Below are positions 50,109 to 63,388 of a stretch of DNA of 64,000 nt, in pieces (the first letter of the stretch is position 1; each line of letters starts with the position of its first letter). Under the pieces are notes generated by a model. It was not told the DNA's origin. It made no database searches and saw only the letters and a list, made by a program, of their open reading frames with translations. Made by a program: the position numbers and the translations under genes. Source of the DNA: Polyangiales bacterium (lineage in GTDB: Bacteria; Myxococcota_A; Polyangia; Polyangiales; JADJQN01); contig CAXNJO010000005.1 of assembly GCA_964202905.1 (NCBI GenBank), positions 96,001 to 160,000 on the forward strand. The letters are read 5' to 3'.

Positions 50109-52085
50109 TCAGTAGGTGAGGTCGTCGCGGTCGGCGGCGCGGAAGACGCCCGCCTCGCGGAAGATGCGCACGAGCTCCCCGTCGACGTGCCCGTCGCGCA
50201 CCTCGTAGCCGAGGATGTCGAGCGCACGCTCCGCGGGCATCGCCTTCTTGTAGGGGCGATCGCGCGCCGTCAGCGCGTCGTAGATGTCCGCGATGCTCAT
50301 GATCTTCGATTGCAACGGTATCTCTTCTGCGGAAAGACGGTTCGGGTAGCCCGAGCCGTTCAGCCGCTCGTGGTGCGAGCCCGCGATGATCGGCACGCGG
50401 TCGAAGCTCTTCCCCCAGGGGATCCGCGCGAGGAAGTTGTACGTGTGCGAGACGTGCGAGCGGATCTCGTCGAGTTCACCCGACGAGAGCGAGCCGCGCG
50501 TCACCTGCAGCGCGACGACCTCCTCGGGCCGCAGCAGCGTCCGCACCTCGCCGGCCGCGTCGGTGTACGTGATGCGCCCGAGCTCCGCGATCCGCCCGAA
50601 TTCCCCCTGCCGCAGCACCGTGGGTTCGTTCGCATCGCGGATCACGCGCCACGCCTCGTCGAGCTCCGCGCGCCGGTGCGCGAGCTCGTCGTCGAGCCGC
50701 AACAGCGCGGCGCCCTCCGCGCCGAGCCGCATCAGCTCGAGTTTGCGCGCGAGCACGTCGACCTCGATCGCCTTGCCGACGTAGTCCAGCCGCTGTCGGA
50801 TCGCCTCGAGGTCGTGCGGGTAGAGCTTCTTCGCCTTGACCAGCACCTGCTCGCGCACGCCGATCTTGCCGAAGTCGTGGAGCAGCGAGGCGTACTCGAG
50901 CTCCTTCAGATCGCGCTTCGTGAAGCAGGCCTCCGCGTACGGCCCGTGATCGACGGTGTCGACGACCTCGGCGAGCCGGCACGAGAGCACCGAGACGCGC
51001 AGGGAGTGACCGCTCGTCGTCGGGTCGCGCTGCTCGATGGCCTGCACGCTCGCGCGCACGAACCCCTCGAAGATCGCCTGGATCTCCTTGTAGAGCATGG
51101 CGTTTTCGAGCGCGATGGCGGCCTGCGAGGCGAGCGTCTGCAGCAGCTCCTCCGAGCGCGCGTCGAAGGGCACGACGAGCGCGTCGAAGTCCGCGAGCGT
51201 CGTGAGGCGGCGCTCGGGCGCGCGCTTCTTGTTGATGAGCTGGATGACGCCGATGACCTCCTCGGCCGCGCTGATGAGCGGGACGCAGATCATCGAGCCG
51301 CTGCGGTAGCCGACCTTCTCGTCGAAGCTGCGGTCGAAGCCGTAGGGCGCGTCGCCGGGGATCTCGTAGACGTCCGCGATGCTGATCGGGCGGCGCGTGA
51401 GCACCGCCGCGCCCGAGATCGAGCGCATCGACACGGGCATCGTGAACTCGCTCGACTCGAACTTGCACGACTCGTTCTGCGAGAGCTTGAAGCGCAGCGT
51501 GCGGCGCCGGTCGTCCGGATCGCTGCCCTCGAGCACGTAGATGGAGCCCGCGTCGGCGCCCGTGATGAAGCGGGATTTCTCGAGGATCAGCGTGAGCAGC
51601 GCGTCGATGTCGCGCTCCTGCGTGAGCGCGCGCGCGATCGTGACGAGCTCGTTCAGCTCGTAGCGCGAGCGGCTGAGCTGGCGGCTCTTCTCCTCGGCGC
51701 GCTGCAACAGATCGACGCGCGCGAGCATCCCCTGCACGTCGACGTAGAGCGACTCGGTGAGGTTCGGATCCTCGACGACCGTGATCATCGCGCCGGGCGG
51801 CAGGCGCTCGACGAGCCCCGCGGGCGCCGGCCCGAGCAGCACCACGCCCGCCTGCCCCGACGCGACGGCCGCCAGCCATGGCGCGAGCGGGTCGTGCTGC
51901 AGCGTGTCGACGTCGACGAGGACGACGAAACCCTGACCGAGCCGGACCTCGGCGACCTCGCCGACGAGCGAGATGGTCGCGCAGAGCCGCAGCTCTGCGC
52001 GCAGCTGGCGCACGGCGACCGCGAGCCGACCCGCGCCCTGCTCCGTGCCCGCGCCCGGCTCCCCCCGCCCGTTGTCGCCAACCAT
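50109..52085 (-). CDS. GAF + HD-GYP c-di-GMP phosphodiesterase
   Basis: GAF (ADAGSIY, IGVIQLINK), TSGHSLRV, LLHDFGKIG, HHERLNGSGYP, DRPYK. Confidence 0.92.
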   Translation of the reverse strand: MVGDNGRGEPGAGTEQGAGRLAVAVRQLRAELRLCATISLVGEVAEVRLGQGFVVLVDVDTLQHDPLAPWLAAVASGQAGVVLLGPAPAGLVERLPPGAMITVVEDPNLTESLYVDVQGMLARVDLLQRAEEKSRQLSRSRYELNELVTIARALTQERDIDALLTLILEKSRFITGADAGSIYVLEGSDPDDRRRTLRFKLSQNESCKFESSEFTMPVSMRSISGAAVLTRRPISIADVYEIPGDAPYGFDRSFDEKVGYRSGSMICVPLISAAEEVIGVIQLINKKRAPERRLTTLADFDALVVPFDARSEELLQTLASQAAIALENAMLYKEIQAIFEGFVRASVQAIEQRDPTTSGHSLRVSVLSCRLAEVVDTVDHGPYAEACFTKRDLKELEYASLLHDFGKIGVREQVLVKAKKLYPHDLEAIRQRLDYVGKAIEVDVLARKLELMRLGAEGAALLRLDDELAHRRAELDEAWRVIRDANEPTVLRQGEFGRIAELGRITYTDAAGEVRTLLRPEEVVALQVTRGSLSSGELDEIRSHVSHTYNFLARIPWGKSFDRVPIIAGSHHERLNGSGYPNRLSAEEIPLQSKIMSIADIYDALTARDRPYKKAMPAERALDILGYEVRDGHVDGELVRIFREAGVFRAADRDDLTY

Positions 52086-52175
52086 GGTGGGCGTGACTCG
52101 TAGCACGGCGCCGTGCCCGGGCGCGACGCCCCACGCGCTTGATCGGGGCCATGGCCCGTGGGAAAACGCGCCCCG

Positions 52176-53294
52176 ATGAAGCGTCTCGTCCTCCCGGTCC
52201 TCGTGTCCTGCGTGCTCAGCCTCGCGGGCGCGCTCGCGCTCTCGCGCCCCCGCGTCGCCGCGCAGGACCACCCCGACCCGACGCGCCCCGCCGCCCCGGA
52301 CGCGGGCGGGCCCACGTCGCCCGCGGAGCAGGCGCGCCGCGATGCCGTTCTCGCGCGGGTCGGCGACGTCCGCATCACCGTCGGCGAGGTCGAGGACGCG
52401 CTCAACGCGCAGTCGCCCTTCCTGCGGGCGCGCTACCGTGATCCCGCGAAGCGCCTCGAGTTCGTGGACAACATGGTCCGCTTCGAGCTGCTCGCGCGCG
52501 AGGCCGTCAAGCGCCACTACGACCGCGATCCGGAGGTCCTCCGCACGGTCAAGCAGAACGCCGTGCAGACCTTGATCCGCAAGGAGTTCGACGAGCGCAT
52601 CACCGTCGAGACGATCCCGCAGGCCGACGTCGACGCCTACTACGCCTCGCACGCGAGCGAGTTCAACCGCGCCGAGATGCGCCGCGCGAGCCACCTCCTC
52701 GTCGCGACGCGCGAAGAGGCCGAGCGCCTCGCCCGCGAGGCGGCCACCGCCGACGTCCGCACCTTCCGCGACCTCGCCCGCGAGCACAGCCTCGACGTCG
52801 AGACGAAGCTGCGCGGCGGCGACCTCCGCTACTTCACTCGCGCGCGGCAGCCCGACCCGGCGACGACGCCCTCGGCCGACGCCGAGGTCGTTCAGGAGCT
52901 CGTCGACGCGGCCTTCGCGCTGCGCGAAGTGGGCGACACGAGCGGCCCCGTGCAGGTCGGCGACAAGTGGAGCGTCGTGAAACTCACCGGCCTGCGCCCC
53001 GCCGAGACCCGCACCGTCGCCGACGCGGGTCCCTCGATCCGCATGCGCCTCTGGCGCGAGCGTCGGCAGAAGGCGCTCGACGACTTCGTCACCGCGCTGC
53101 GCGCGCGTCTCCGCCCCGAGGTGCACCCCGAGCGCGTCGACCCGATCCGCCTCGACGCGCTCCCCGCGGGCGCGGGGCTCCCCGGCTTCCCCGGCGAGGG
53201 CGGCGACGCGCGCGGCCACGAGAAGACCGCGCCGCGCGGCCCCGACGAAGCGCACGGCGGCGGCACCGGCGGCGAGACGCCGGCCCCCCGCTGA
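52176..53294 (+). CDS. Exported PpiC-type peptidylprolyl isomerase/chaperone
   Basis: Signal peptide, RASHLLV, LAREHSLD..RGGDLRYF, DAAFAL. Confidence 0.88.
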   Translation: MKRLVLPVLVSCVLSLAGALALSRPRVAAQDHPDPTRPAAPDAGGPTSPAEQARRDAVLARVGDVRITVGEVEDALNAQSPFLRARYRDPAKRLEFVDNMVRFELLAREAVKRHYDRDPEVLRTVKQNAVQTLIRKEFDERITVETIPQADVDAYYASHASEFNRAEMRRASHLLVATREEAERLAREAATADVRTFRDLAREHSLDVETKLRGGDLRYFTRARQPDPATTPSADAEVVQELVDAAFALREVGDTSGPVQVGDKWSVVKLTGLRPAETRTVADAGPSIRMRLWRERRQKALDDFVTALRARLRPEVHPERVDPIRLDALPAGAGLPGFPGEGGDARGHEKTAPRGPDEAHGGGTGGETPAPR

Positions 53295-53371
53295 GCGCGC
53301 CCGGTTAAGCACGCCGCGCGCGCTGGCGACCGTTGACCCCACCCGACGTGCGCGCGTACCTTGAGCCGCGC

Positions 53372-54925
<1,554 letters not shown>

Positions 54926-54938
54926 CCGCGCCGCGCGC

Positions 54939-55324
54939 TCACGCGACGAGCCGCACGAGCGCCGCGCACCCGCTCACCGCCGCGAGCACGACGAGCGCGG
55001 TGCGCACACGCCCCGCCGCGCGCGGTGACGCGATCCAGGGCTGCGGCGCCGTCCCCGCCGCGATCGCGCCGAGCGCGAGCAGCGCGCCCGCGACGACGCA
55101 CGCGAGGTCGACGCGTCGCGACGCCGACCACGCCGCGCGGGCGAGCGCGAGCTCCGCCGCGTCGCGCACGAGCCACACGCAGAAGAACGCGCCGACGACG
55201 CGCGCCGAGCGCTGCAGCGACGCGCGACGCGACGCGTCGGCCCCGCGCGACGCGCGCACCCCGGCCGCGACGAGCAGCGCCGCGACGAGCGTGACGAGGC
55301 CGCCGATCGTGCGCGCCGCGAGCA
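54939..55324 (-). CDS. Hypothetical small membrane protein
   Basis: About four hydrophobic segments; start uncertain. Confidence 0.4.
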
Positions 55325-55492
55325 TGCCGCGGCAGCATGGCAGAGCCGCGCGCGACAGGCATCGTGCGGCAGCGCGGCGGCGCCTCGCGACGCTTGCAGA
55401 CGGCGACGTGCTCCGGTAAGTGAATGGCCATTCAGCGGACCGCGGGTGCACACGCCGTGCGCCACGCGCGCGTCCGGAGGAGAGCACAGCCC

Positions 55493-56668
55493 ATGGCCGT
55501 CGCGACGCCGTTCACCGAGGAGCACGACCTCTTCCGCAAGCAGGTGCGCCAGTTCGTCGAGAAGGAGCTCGCCCCGCACGCGAACCAGTGGGAGGAGGAC
55601 GAGCTCTTCCCGAACTGGGTGTTCAAGCGCGCGGGCGAGCTCGGCATCCTCGGCGCGCACTACCCGGAGGACGTCGGCGGCGGCGGCGGCGACTACTGGT
55701 TCAGCGTGGCGAAGAGCGAGGAGCTCGTGCGCATCGGCGCCGCCGGCGTGGGCATGGGCCTGCTCGTGCAGAGCGACATGGCGACGCCCTGCATCAACGA
55801 CCTCGGCACGGCGGAGCAGAAGGCCGAGTTCCTCGCGCCCGCGCTCGCGGGCGACAAGATCGCGGCCCTCGGCGTGAGCGAGCCGGGCGCGGGCTCCGAC
55901 GTCGCGGGCCTCCGCACCACCGCGAAGAAGGTCGGCGGCGACTACGTCATCAACGGCAGCAAGACCTACATCACCAACGGCACGCGCGCCGACTTCGTCA
56001 CGCTGCTCTGCAAGACGAACCCCGACGCGGGCCACATGGGGATTTCGATCTTCCTCGTGCCGACCAACCTGCCTGGATTCTCCATCTCGAAAAAGCTGAA
56101 GAAGATGGGCAATTGGGCGAGCGACACCGCGGAGCTCTTCTTCGAGGACGTCGTCGTGCCGCAGCGCTATCTGCTCGGCGAAGAGGGCATGGGATTCGTC
56201 TATCTCATGCAGAACTTCCAGTCCGAGCGCCTCATCGCCTCGACGAGCGCCGTCGCCGGCGCGCGCCTCGCGCTCGATCGCTCGGTCGCGTGGGGTCGCG
56301 AGCGCCAGGCCTTCGGCAAGCCGCTCATGAAGCGCGAGCTCTGGCAGCACAAGTTCGTCGACCTCTACACGAAGCTCGAGGCCGCGCAGGCGTTCTCGTA
56401 CAGGGCCGTCGAGCACTACAACCACGACAAATACGTGGCGAAGGGCCCCGTCAGCATGGAGACGACGAAGCTCATCTCCATGGCGAAGGTCTTCGTCGGC
56501 GATCTCTCGGGCGAGATCATGGACACGTGCGTGCAGTTCCACGGCGGGATGGGCTACCTCGAGGACCTCTGGGTCTCGCGCGCCTACCGCGACTCGCGCC
56601 TCTTCCGCATCGGCGGCGGGACGACCGAGGTCATGCGCTACGCGATCGCCAAGATTCTAGGGTTCTGA
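55493..56668 (+). CDS. Acyl-CoA dehydrogenase
   Basis: SEPGAGSDV, INGSKTYITNG, RQAFGK, QFHGGMGY, IGGGTTE. Confidence 0.95.
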   Translation: MAVATPFTEEHDLFRKQVRQFVEKELAPHANQWEEDELFPNWVFKRAGELGILGAHYPEDVGGGGGDYWFSVAKSEELVRIGAAGVGMGLLVQSDMATPCINDLGTAEQKAEFLAPALAGDKIAALGVSEPGAGSDVAGLRTTAKKVGGDYVINGSKTYITNGTRADFVTLLCKTNPDAGHMGISIFLVPTNLPGFSISKKLKKMGNWASDTAELFFEDVVVPQRYLLGEEGMGFVYLMQNFQSERLIASTSAVAGARLALDRSVAWGRERQAFGKPLMKRELWQHKFVDLYTKLEAAQAFSYRAVEHYNHDKYVAKGPVSMETTKLISMAKVFVGDLSGEIMDTCVQFHGGMGYLEDLWVSRAYRDSRLFRIGGGTTEVMRYAIAKILGF

Positions 56669-56695
56669 TTTCAGGCCGATACGACAGGAGATCTC

Positions 56696-57934
56696 ATGGG
56701 TAACGCATTCATCATCGACGCGGTCCGCACGCCGCGCGGGCGCGGGAAGAAGGACGTGGGCGCGCTCTCCGGGGTGCACCCGGGCGAGCTGCTCGGGCAG
56801 ACGCTCGACGTGCTCGTCGAGCGCACGGGCGTGCACGCGGCCGACATCGAGGACGTCGTGATGGGCACCGTCTCGCAGGTGGGCGAGCAGGGCTCGTGCA
56901 TCGCGCGCAACGCGGTGCTCGCGTCGAGCCGCATCCCGGTCGAGGTGAGCGGCGTGTCGCTCAACCGCTACTGCGGCTCGGGCCTGCAGGCCGTGAACTT
57001 CGCGGCGATGGGCGTGATGGCGGGCGCTCAGGGGCTCGCGATCGGCGGCGGCGTCGAGAGCATGTCGCGCGTCGCGATGGGCTCGGACGGCGCGGGCATG
57101 GACGGCAACAACCTCGCGCTGCGCCAGAAGCACTTCCAGGTACCGCAGGGCATCAGCGCGGATCTCATCGCCACGCGCGAGGGCTTCACGCGCGCGCAGC
57201 TCGACGAGTTCGCCCTGGCCTCGCAGCACAAGGCCGAGGCCGCGCAGAAGGAGGGCCGCTTCGCGCGCTCGATCTTCCCGGTGAAGGATCCGGCGACGGG
57301 CAAGGTCTTGCTCGAGGTCGACGAGTACCCGCGCCACGGCGCGACGATCGACGCGCTCGCCGGGCTCAAGGCCGCCTTCGAGAAGATGGGCGCGATGCCC
57401 ATCGGCCCGAACGGCGAGACGATGGACCAGATCGCCCTCGCCCGTTATCCCGAGGTGAGCGCGATCCAGCACCTGCACACGCCCGGCAACGCGTCGGGCA
57501 TCGTCGACGGCGCGTGCGCGGTGCTGCTCGCCTCGGACGACTACGTGAAGGCCCACGGCCTCAAGCCGCGCGCCCGCATCCGCGCGATGGCGACCGCCGG
57601 CGCCGAGCCCGTCATCATGCTCACCGCGCCCGCGCCCGCGTCGAAGCGCGCGCTCGAGAAGGCGGGCATGACGGCGAAGGACATCGACCTCTGGGAGATC
57701 AACGAGGCCTTCGCGACGGTCCCCCTCGAGACGATGCGCCGCCTCGACATCGACCCGGCGAAGGTGAACGTGAACGGCGGCTCGATCGCGCTCGGTCACC
57801 CGCTCGGCGCGACGGGCGCGATGCTCCTCAACATCGCGCTCGACGAGCTCGAGCGCCGCGGCCTGCAGACGGCGCTCATCACGCTCTGCATCGGCGGCGG
57901 CATGGGCATCGCGACGATCATCGAGCGCGTCTGA
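56696..57934 (+). CDS. Acetyl-CoA C-acyltransferase (thiolase)
   Basis: [35 protein letters not shown]. Confidence 0.95.
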   Translation: MGNAFIIDAVRTPRGRGKKDVGALSGVHPGELLGQTLDVLVERTGVHAADIEDVVMGTVSQVGEQGSCIARNAVLASSRIPVEVSGVSLNRYCGSGLQAVNFAAMGVMAGAQGLAIGGGVESMSRVAMGSDGAGMDGNNLALRQKHFQVPQGISADLIATREGFTRAQLDEFALASQHKAEAAQKEGRFARSIFPVKDPATGKVLLEVDEYPRHGATIDALAGLKAAFEKMGAMPIGPNGETMDQIALARYPEVSAIQHLHTPGNASGIVDGACAVLLASDDYVKAHGLKPRARIRAMATAGAEPVIMLTAPAPASKRALEKAGMTAKDIDLWEINEAFATVPLETMRRLDIDPAKVNVNGGSIALGHPLGATGAMLLNIALDELERRGLQTALITLCIGGGMGIATIIERV

Positions 57935-57981
57935 CGCGGTCGCGCGGCACGCGCCGCGCAGGGCCGAGAGACGCCACGCAG

Positions 57982-58024
57982 GAAGGGGCCCCGGGGCGAC
58001 ACGCCTCGGGGCCTCTCGTGTTTG
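57982..58024. terminator. GC-rich hairpin between convergent genes, probable terminator
   Basis: GGCCCCGGGGC-gacac-GCCTCGGGGCC stem followed by a short T-containing tail. Confidence 0.5.
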
Positions 58025-58081
58025 CAGCGCGGATGATGCGAGGCCGCGGACGCGACGCGTGACGCGGCGTCGCGGCCACGC

Positions 58082-61000
58082 TCAGCGACGCCGACGGCGC
58101 GCGAGGGCGAGCGCGACGAGCGCGACGGCGAGCGCCCCGGAGAGCCCGCGCCCTGCGTGACCCGCGCCGGCCGCGCGGCACCCGCAGTCCCCGGAGACGG
58201 TGCGCACGTCCGGGCCGCCCGCGTCCGCGCCGCCGTCGCGCGAAGCGTCCGCATCCCCCGCGTCCGCGGCGCCCGCATCGGGCACGCCCGCGTCGGTCTG
58301 CGCGTCGCAACGGGACATGCTCGTGCAGTCGTCCGCGGCGTCGAACGCCGTCCCCGTCCCGTAGATCGCACAGCTCACCATCATCGACGACACCATCGCC
58401 GCAGAAGGCGTTCTTGCAGGTGGTGCGGCACGCGCCCGTGCGTCGTGTCGGAGTTCGCGTCACCGGCGTCGCACGCCTCGCCCGCGTCGAGGACTGCGTC
58501 GCCGCAGAACGCGCGCACACACCGCGTGCGGCACGCATCGGGCCGTCATATCGGAGTTGGCATCCGCGTCGTCGCACTCCTCGCCTGCGCCCGTGTCGAC
58601 GAGCCCATCGCCGCACGTCGCCGAGCAGACGCTCGCCGCGCCCGTGAGCTCGAAGCACGCCCAGCCCGGCTCGACGTCACACGCCTCGCTGCACCCGTCG
58701 CCCGGCGCGAGGTTCCCGTCGTCGCACGCCTCGCCGAGGCCGCGCAGCCCGTTTCCGCAGCGCGAGGTGCACGCCGCCTCCGGCGTCGCGCGCGCGAAGC
58801 CCGGCGCGCAGTCGCACACGAACGGCCCACCGAGCACGTTCACGCAGACCTCGTCGAGCTCGCAGCGCCCCGTCCCGTCCGCGCACTCGTCGATGTCGGT
58901 GCAGATCAGGAGACCCGCTCCCTCGTAACCCGGGTTGCACGTGCACGTGTACGCGCCGACCGTGTTGGTGCAGGCGGCGAGCGGCGAGCACTCGTTGAGC
59001 CCGACCGCCGCGCACTCGTCGACGTCCGTGCAGGACATGCCCGTGCCCTCGTAGCCGGCGTCGCAGGCGCAGGTGAACCAGCCGTCGATGTTCGTGCAGG
59101 TCGCGTTCGCGTCGCAGTCGTCCGTGCCCGCAGCGCACTCGTCGACGTCGGTGCAGGTGCCGCCGAAGACCGGCGCGACGTAGCCGGACGGACACGAGCA
59201 GAAATACTGCGTCGGCGGCCCCTGCGAGCAGTTGCCGACACCGCACGGCAGCGACGCGCACTCGTTGATGTCGACGCAGCGCCCCTCCTCCGCGAAATAT
59301 CCGTCCGGGCAGGTGCACGCATACGAACCCGCGCTGTTCGCGCAGCTCCCGGGCGCGCAAGGCGTCCCTGTGACGCATTCATTGACGTCGGCGCATGCAC
59401 CGCCCGCCGCCGGCGCCGCATAACCCGTGTTGCACACGCACGCATACGTCCCGGGCAGATTCGAGCAGGCCACTCGCTCGGCTCCGCACGTGGTCGCCGT
59501 CGCGCACTCGTTCACGTCCGTACACGCGCCGCCCGCCGCGGGCGCCGTGTAGCCCGACGCGCACGTGCACGTGTATCCGCCCGCCGTGTTCGTGCAGCCC
59601 GTCCGCGCCGTGCCGCACGTCGACGACGTCGCACACTCGTTGACGTCCGTGCACGTGCCACCCGTCCCGGGGCCGGTGTACCCCGCCGGGCAGGTGCAGG
59701 CGTACGTCCCGGCCTGGTTCGCGCAGCTGCCCGCGCCGCAGGGTGCGCCGCTCGCGCACTCGTTCACGTCCGTACACGCGCCGCCCGTCGCGGGCGCTGC
59801 GTAGCCCGCGGCGCACCCGCACGTGTAGCTGCCCGCCGTGTTCGTGCAGCCCGTCCGCGCCGTGCCGCACGTCGTCGGCGACGCGCACTCGTTCACGTCC
59901 GTACACGCGCCGCCCGTCGCGGGCGCCGTGTAGCCCGACGCGCACCCGCACGTGTAGCTGCCCGCCGTGTTCGTGCAGCCCGTCCGCGCCGTGCCGCACG
60001 TCGTCGGCGACGCGCACTCGTTCACGTCCGTACACGCGCCGCCCGTCGCGGGCGCCGTGTAGCCCGACGCGCACCCGCACGCGTAGCTGCCCGCCGTGTT
60101 CGTGCAGCCCGTCCGCGCCGTACCGCACGTCGACGCCGTCACGCACTCATCCACGTCCGTACACGCGCCGCCCGTCGCGGGCGCCGTGTAGCCCGACGCG
60201 CACGCGCACGTGTAGCTGCCCGCCGTGTTCGTGCAGCCCGTCCGCGCCGTGCCGCACGTCGACATCGTCGTGCACTCGTTCACGTCCGTGCACGCGCCGC
60301 CAGAGGCCGGGGCCGTGTAGCCCGCCGCGCAACCACACGCATAGCTGCCCGCGGTGTTCGTGCAGGACGTCCGCGCCGTGCCGCACGTCGACATCGTCGC
60401 GCACTCGTTCACATCACTACAGGTGCCGCCCGTCATCGGGCCCGTGTAGCCGGACGGGCACGCGCACGCGTAGGTTCCGGCGCTGTTCGTACACGTCCCG
60501 GCGCCGCACGGCGTCCCCGCCGTGCACTCGTTGACGTCCACGCAGGTCGCGCTGAGCCCGCTGCCAGAGCCGCTGAACCCCGCAGCGCAACCACAGCTGT
60601 AGCCGCCCGTCGTGTTCGTGCAGGTGTTGGTCGCCGAAAGGTTGCGGCCGCAGGTCGTCATCGTGGCGCACTCGTTGACGTCCGCGCACGTCGTGCCGTT
60701 GAACGAGTATCCCGCCGGACAGGAGCAGGAGTAGGAACCCGCGGCGTTCGTGCACGTGCCGAGTCCGCAGGGCGCGCCGCTCGCGCACTCGTTGACGTCA
60801 ACGCACGTCGTGCCATTCGACGTGTAACCCGTGGGACACGTGCACGTGTAGCTGCCAGCCGTGTTCGCGCAGCTGCCGACACCACAGGGCGAACCGCTCG
60901 CGCACTCGTTGATGTCCGTGCAGCCGGTGCCGCCCGACGCCGCCGTCCGCCCGTTACCGGTATAACCCGCGATGCACGCGCACGTGTAGCTCGTTGGCGT

Positions 61001-63351
61001 GTCGGTGCAGAGAGCGAGCGTCGCCACGCAGACGTTCATCCCCGTCGTGCACTCGTTGTCGACGACGCAGGTCGTGCCGTTGAAGCCATAACCGGCCGCG
61101 CACGTGCACGAATAACTGCCCGTCGCGTTCGTGCAGGTTCCGTAGCCGAGGTTGGCATTGCAGGTCGTCGCGGTGCTGCACTCGTTCACGTCGACGCAGC
61201 TCGCCGTGAGCCCGCTGCCCGAGGCCGTGAAGCCCGTGCCGCACGCGCAGGTGTACCCACCGCTCGTGTCCGTGCAGGCGTTGGCGCTCCCGCCGGTGAG
61301 CGTGCGACCACACCGCGAGGCCGTCGCGCACTCGTTGATGTTCACGCACGTCACGCCGTTCGACGAATACCCGGCGGGACACCCGCACGTGTACGAACCC
61401 GCCGTGTTGGTACACGTGCCGACGCCGCAGGGGTTCGACGGCGAACATTCGTTGTTGTCCACGCACGTCCCGCCCGTCGGACGTGTAGCCCGACGGGCAA
61501 CCGCACGTGTACGAGCCCGCCGTGTTCGTGCACGTCCCCGCGCCGCACGGCGTGCCCGACGTACACTCGTTGTTGTCCACGCACGTCACGCCGTTGGACG
61601 TGTAGCCCGACGGGCAACCGCACGTGTACGAGCCCGCCGTGTTCGTGCACGTCCCCGCGCCGCACGGCGTGCCCGACGTGCACTCGTTGTTGTCCACGCA
61701 CGTCACGCCCGTTGGACGTGTAGCCCGACGGGCAACCGCACGTGTACGAGCCCGCCGTGTTCGTGCACGTCCCCGCGCCGCACGGCGTGCCCGACGTACA
61801 CTCGTTGTTGTCCACGCACGTCCCGCCCGACGACGTGTAACCCGACGGACAACCGCACGTGTACGAGCCCGCCGTGTTCGTGCACGTCCCCGCGCCGCAC
61901 GGCGTGCCCGACGTACACTCGTTGTTGTCCACGCACGTCCCGCCCGACGACGTGTAACCCGACGGACAACCGCACGTGTACGAGCCCGCCGTGTTCGTGC
62001 ACGTCCCGACGCCGCATGGCGTGCCCGACGTACACTCGTTGTTGTCCACGCACGCCCCGCCCGACGGCGGTGCGGTGTAGCCAGACGCGCACGCACAGAC
62101 ATAACTGCCCGTCGTGTTCGAACAGCCCGTGCGAGCCGAGCCGCACGTCGAGCCCAAGAGACACTCGTTCGTGTCCGTGCACGTGAGCGAGGCCCCCGTC
62201 CCCGTCGCCTCGAACCCGCTGACACACGAGCACGAGTAGGCTCCCGTCGTGTTGTTGCAGGTCCCGTAGCCGACGTGCGCGTTGCAGCGCGTCGAAGCAC
62301 TGCACTCATTGGTGTCCACGCAGGTCGCGCTCAGCCCCGTACCGGAGACCTGGAATCCGCTGCTGCACGAGCACGAATAACTGCCGGAAGAGTCCGTACA
62401 GGTGCCGTAACCGAGGTTGGCGTTGCACGTCGCCGATGCGCTGCACTCGTTGATGTTCCGACAAGTCTCTGCGAAGCCCCCCGAATAGACCCCCGAATAG
62501 ACCTCTTCGAAGCCGGCGCCACACGTGCAGTCGTAGTAGCCGCCGTATTCCGCACAAGAATTGGCGCTGCCGTTCGTCAACGTGCGACCGCAGGTCGCGA
62601 GCGTCGCGCACTCGGCGATATCCGTGCAGCCGCTCGCGCTCGCATCCGCGACACCGTCGGAGGGCCAATCATAACGCCCGTTCCCGGAGTAGCCCGAGGG
62701 GCAGCTGCAATCGAAACCGAAGTAGTAGGTTCCCGTCGGATCGACGCCCGCGCTGAGACGCGTCTCCGAGTCGTCCTCGGTGCAGATCGCACCCAGCGAT
62801 GTGTAGCAATTCGTGAAGGGGTACGTCCCTGAAGGCAATTGACTGACGAGAAGGCACTCGCTCGTCGAATAGAGCGTCGGTTCGCCCGGTCGCGTGGCAT
62901 AGGCCGACTGAGCCGTGGTGTAGCCCGGAGAGGGGATCGACCACGACGACCCCTGATAGACCAGCTCGTGCCAGTTGGGTTTCCCGTCAGCGTCCGAATC
63001 TTCGTTGCGGAGCGCGGCGTCCCACGTGTAGCCGGAATGCGACCCCGCGGCGCGCGTCCACGTCCCCTGGAAGTCGCGGCCGAAGATGTTCCAGCAATAT
63101 CCGTAGGGGTTGTTGGTCCCCTCGCCCGGCCCACAAGCACAGTCACCCGTGCACGTCAGGCCCTCGGTGCAGCAGCCCTGACCACCGCTCGCGTTGTTGT
63201 GGCAGGTGAGGCAGCCGTGCGCATACGCGTTGGGCACCAGGTCCAGGTAACCGGGGTACGCAGCTGCGGTATTGGCGACCGCCCAGATCGAGGCGAACAC
63301 GAGCACGAACCCGACCCGGTTTGCCAAACATCGCCACATCGTCATTCGCAT
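58082..63351 (-). CDS. Giant (~1750 aa) surface protein: signal peptide, temptin-like CxxCH domain, long Ca-EGF array, DUF4215 repeats, MYXO-CTERM (about five frameshifts)
   Basis: Pieces in ORFs 61351..63426, 60954..62309, 58460..61462 and 58082..58396: DxNEC..[12 protein letters not shown] repeats, [30 protein letters not shown]. Confidence 0.82.
59500..60410 (-). repeat. Near-identical 129-bp EGF units (43 aa), interrupted by one shorter unit
   Basis: acgcgcactcgttcacgtcc at 59881 and 60010; [12 protein letters not shown] recurs. Confidence 0.85.
61450..62055 (-). repeat. About five near-identical 117-bp EGF units (39 aa)
   Basis: ctcgttgttgtccacgcacg at 61801 and 61918 and further copies; [14 protein letters not shown]. 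Confidence 0.9.
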
Positions 63352-63388
63352 TGCTCCCCCCGACACGGCGACGTCGCCGGAAGACCTC

